Assembly (NCBI RefSeq): GCF_009834535.1
Contig: NC_045697.1
Coordinates: 91,140,001 to 91,204,000 of the forward strand
DNA: 64,000 nt
Direction: 5' to 3'
DNA from: Camelus ferus
Lineage: Eukaryota
Shown here: positions 61,740-64,000 of the stretch, piece after piece
Numbering within the stretch: the first letter of the stretch is position 1
Layout: each line of letters opens with the position of its first letter
The notes under the pieces: model-generated
Database searches by the model: none
Told to the model about the DNA's origin: nothing
The model's input: only the letters and a program-made list of their open reading frames with translations
Program-made: the position numbers and the translations under genes

Positions 61740-63540
61740 AATGTTCATTTATTCATTCATACATTGAAAAATATTTACGGTGCTCCAGGAGCTGTGCTAG
61801 ATGCCAGGGTACAATGCTGAGCAAATATCGGCACAATCAAATAATCATGCAATGAATACACAATTACAAAGCAAGATAGGTGCTGTAGGGAAGGATAAGG
61901 GTCATGAGGGAGAGGACTCTGAACCCAGATAGGGACTTAGAGAAGGCTGCCCTAAGGAAGTTTGGCTTGAGTAAGCTCTAAAGCTATGCCAACAAAAATA
62001 AGTGCTAACTATGTGTGATTATTTAAATACAAAGTAATTAAAATTAAATAAATTTTAAAATTCAGTTTATCATTCACACAAACCACAATCAAGTGCTGAA
62101 TAGCCACACATGGCTAGTGCCTACCATATTGGACAGTGCTGCTTAGAAGATTCGCATCATTGCAAGTTCTGTTGGATGGCGCTTGAGGAATAGAAATTAA
62201 ACAGCAGACTGTTAAGCAAAAACATTACAGGCTGAGATAATCTACGTACAAAGATTCTGTTAGTTGGGGATGCAGTTTACAAACAGAAAGAAGGCTATTA
62301 TGGCTGGAGAGAAAAACCTGACAAAAGTATAAGATGAAGCTAGAAACGTAAGTAGGGTCGAGAGCTTGCAAGGACTTGTAGGCCTTATTAGGGATTCTGG
62401 TCTATTCCCTGAGAGTAATGAGAGGTGGATGGGTGGTGGGAGGTGAGTGTCACAGGCTGAAGAGAGCAGAGTTTCAGACAGTTATGGAGAGTGAGATCAG
62501 GGAACTGTAGGAGGTTTGCTAGGCAATGTTAAGGAACTCTTTTGAGTTTGGTGATCATGAATTCATAGTGACACCAATCCTCATTGTGTAACTTTCTCCA
62601 AAAAAGCAGCTTAGGTGCAGAAATAGAGAAAGATAGAAGGGTAGATGCAGAGCTAGGATTCTTCCAGAAGGGTGTGGGCTAGGGAGTTCAGGGTACTGAC
62701 AAGATTGTCATTGAAATGGCAGGCAGGCCATGGGTTTTAGCTGGGCAAGAAACTAGGGCATAAAAGAAGAGGGCTGATGGACTGGTTGAAAGTGAAGGGG
62801 GTCAATTGACTGAAAATCCAAATTCAGACACAGAATGATCATAGTGGGAAGGACAAGCTGAAGGAGAGGCTGGTGGAGTCAGAGAGCAGGTTGCTTGAAT
62901 CAGTGCCTGGTGGGTGGTGCAATTGCAGATGATGACAAAATCCAGGGTGTGACCCTAAGAGTGGGTAGCTGAGAGGAAGGGAAGTTAAGGTCATTAGAAA
63001 TGAGGAGACTAAGGCCTGGAGTCTAGATTATCATATGGGTCAACCCTAGCTTTTGAAATTTCTGCAGACATTGGCTGGATTTGGTGTTGCCAGGAGCCTT
63101 GTTAGTACACCAAAGAGTAAATGAGAGGCCTGGAGATGAAACTTACTAGGAGGGAGAAAGGAGGTGCCATTAGGGGATGTGACACTGACTCAGAGGAGAG
63201 GGTTACAAAGTGTAAGGAGTAAGGGTCTGGAAATGGCAAATGGGGGACAATGAAACACCAACTCCTCCTCCACCTGGTGTGTGAGAACATAAATAACCAC
63301 CACTTGAGAGGTCCACGGGAGAAGTGGCGTCTGCAGACAAAAGCCAGGTTTTAGTTGAAGCAAGAAAGTGAAGAGACTGTTTAGAGAGGTGGTTGATGAT
63401 ATAGGAGAGTTTGCTGAATATGCAGCATATGGAGGGCATCGTGGGAGGTTTGGACAAGTGAGGTGGAGTGGAGGGCTCATCCAAAGAGCAGGAGGATTGT
63501 GCTAGAGGACTGGTGACTATAATGGACGTATATTGTAGTA
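61740..63540 (-). mobile_element. L2 LINE (about 1.6 kb) interrupted by a MER3-like hAT MITE at about 62000-62145
   Basis: The L2 terminus reversed (ttcatttattcattcatacattg...tgctccaggagctgtgctagatgcc) is followed by long purine-rich L2 sequence. The insert has the MER3/MER33 motif atagccacacatggctagtgcctaccatattggacagtgc. Confidence 0.7.
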
Positions 63541-63896
63541 TTAACTGATAAAAAGTAAGTCAACAGGCATGCATGTGATTACTGGCCCAGTGATCGAGGG
63601 GCTTGACTCATTTGGCCTGAGACAGAGGTGTTTCTGTAGGAGTTTCTGCACATGCTCCTACCTGGGATGTTCTTGCGTCAGTAGCTGCAGTTTCAGCCCC
63701 TGTACAGCTTAGTGTAGCATTGTTCCCAAAGGCTTCAACTTCAATACCTTCTGGAGTGTTAGTTATTTCAGAGGTTAGGTGTTAAGAATCCCACAGATTG
63801 GAGTTAAGGATTCTACGGGAGGTGTTGGACTCTATCACTTGCTGTTCAGGTATAGACGTGCATCTCCTAGGAATGCCAACGATCCATTCTCTGGGG

Positions 63897-63966
63897 ATAG
63901 AGATATAGATATAGATAGATATAGATATAGATATAGATATAGATATATATATAGATATAGATATAG
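63897..63966. repeat. (GATATA)n microsatellite
   Basis: Read directly. It explains the DIDRYRYRYR tail of ORF 63779-63982. Confidence 0.95.
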
Positions 63967-64000
63967 TGCTGTGGCTTATTAGAACTCAGGGAGTTAGGAT

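Noticed and set aside
63779-63982. ORF with RY dipeptide repeats
   Set aside because: It is the translation of the (GATATA)n microsatellite.
1-64000. CRISPR arrays, rRNA genes, operon-like or prokaryotic systems
   Set aside because: No regularly spaced repeats or such genes were seen; the sequence is mammalian.

Overview
Mammalian, repeat-rich, largely non-coding DNA, most likely from a camelid (tRNA-derived SINEs of the camelid Vic type; I saw no Alu, BovA/BovB, PRE1, Can-SINE or ERE copies). I could not identify any intact protein-coding gene. The layout suggests the 5' part of a plus-strand host gene: a CpG-rich promoter-like segment at about 9.7-10.7 kb that is partly lost in N gaps, a well-formed 116-nt non-coding exon at 45085-45200, and an enhancer or alternative-promoter segment at about 55.6-57.3 kb. 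The standout object is a full-length (2332 bp), decayed autonomous piggyBac DNA transposon at 26863-29194. It has TTAA target duplications, 13-bp CAC-starting terminal inverted repeats, tandem subterminal palindromes and a complete transposase fossil with the DDD triad and C-terminal Cys-rich domain. Its ends do not resemble the CC-starting human MER75/MER85/Looper ends as I recall them, so it is a candidate lineage-restricted, horizontally acquired family. The rest is the usual eutherian L1, L2, MIR, MLT1, MER21-like and hAT/mariner fossils plus several micro-rearrangements. Repeat subfamily names are from memory of consensus sequences, not from a search, and many boundaries are approximate.
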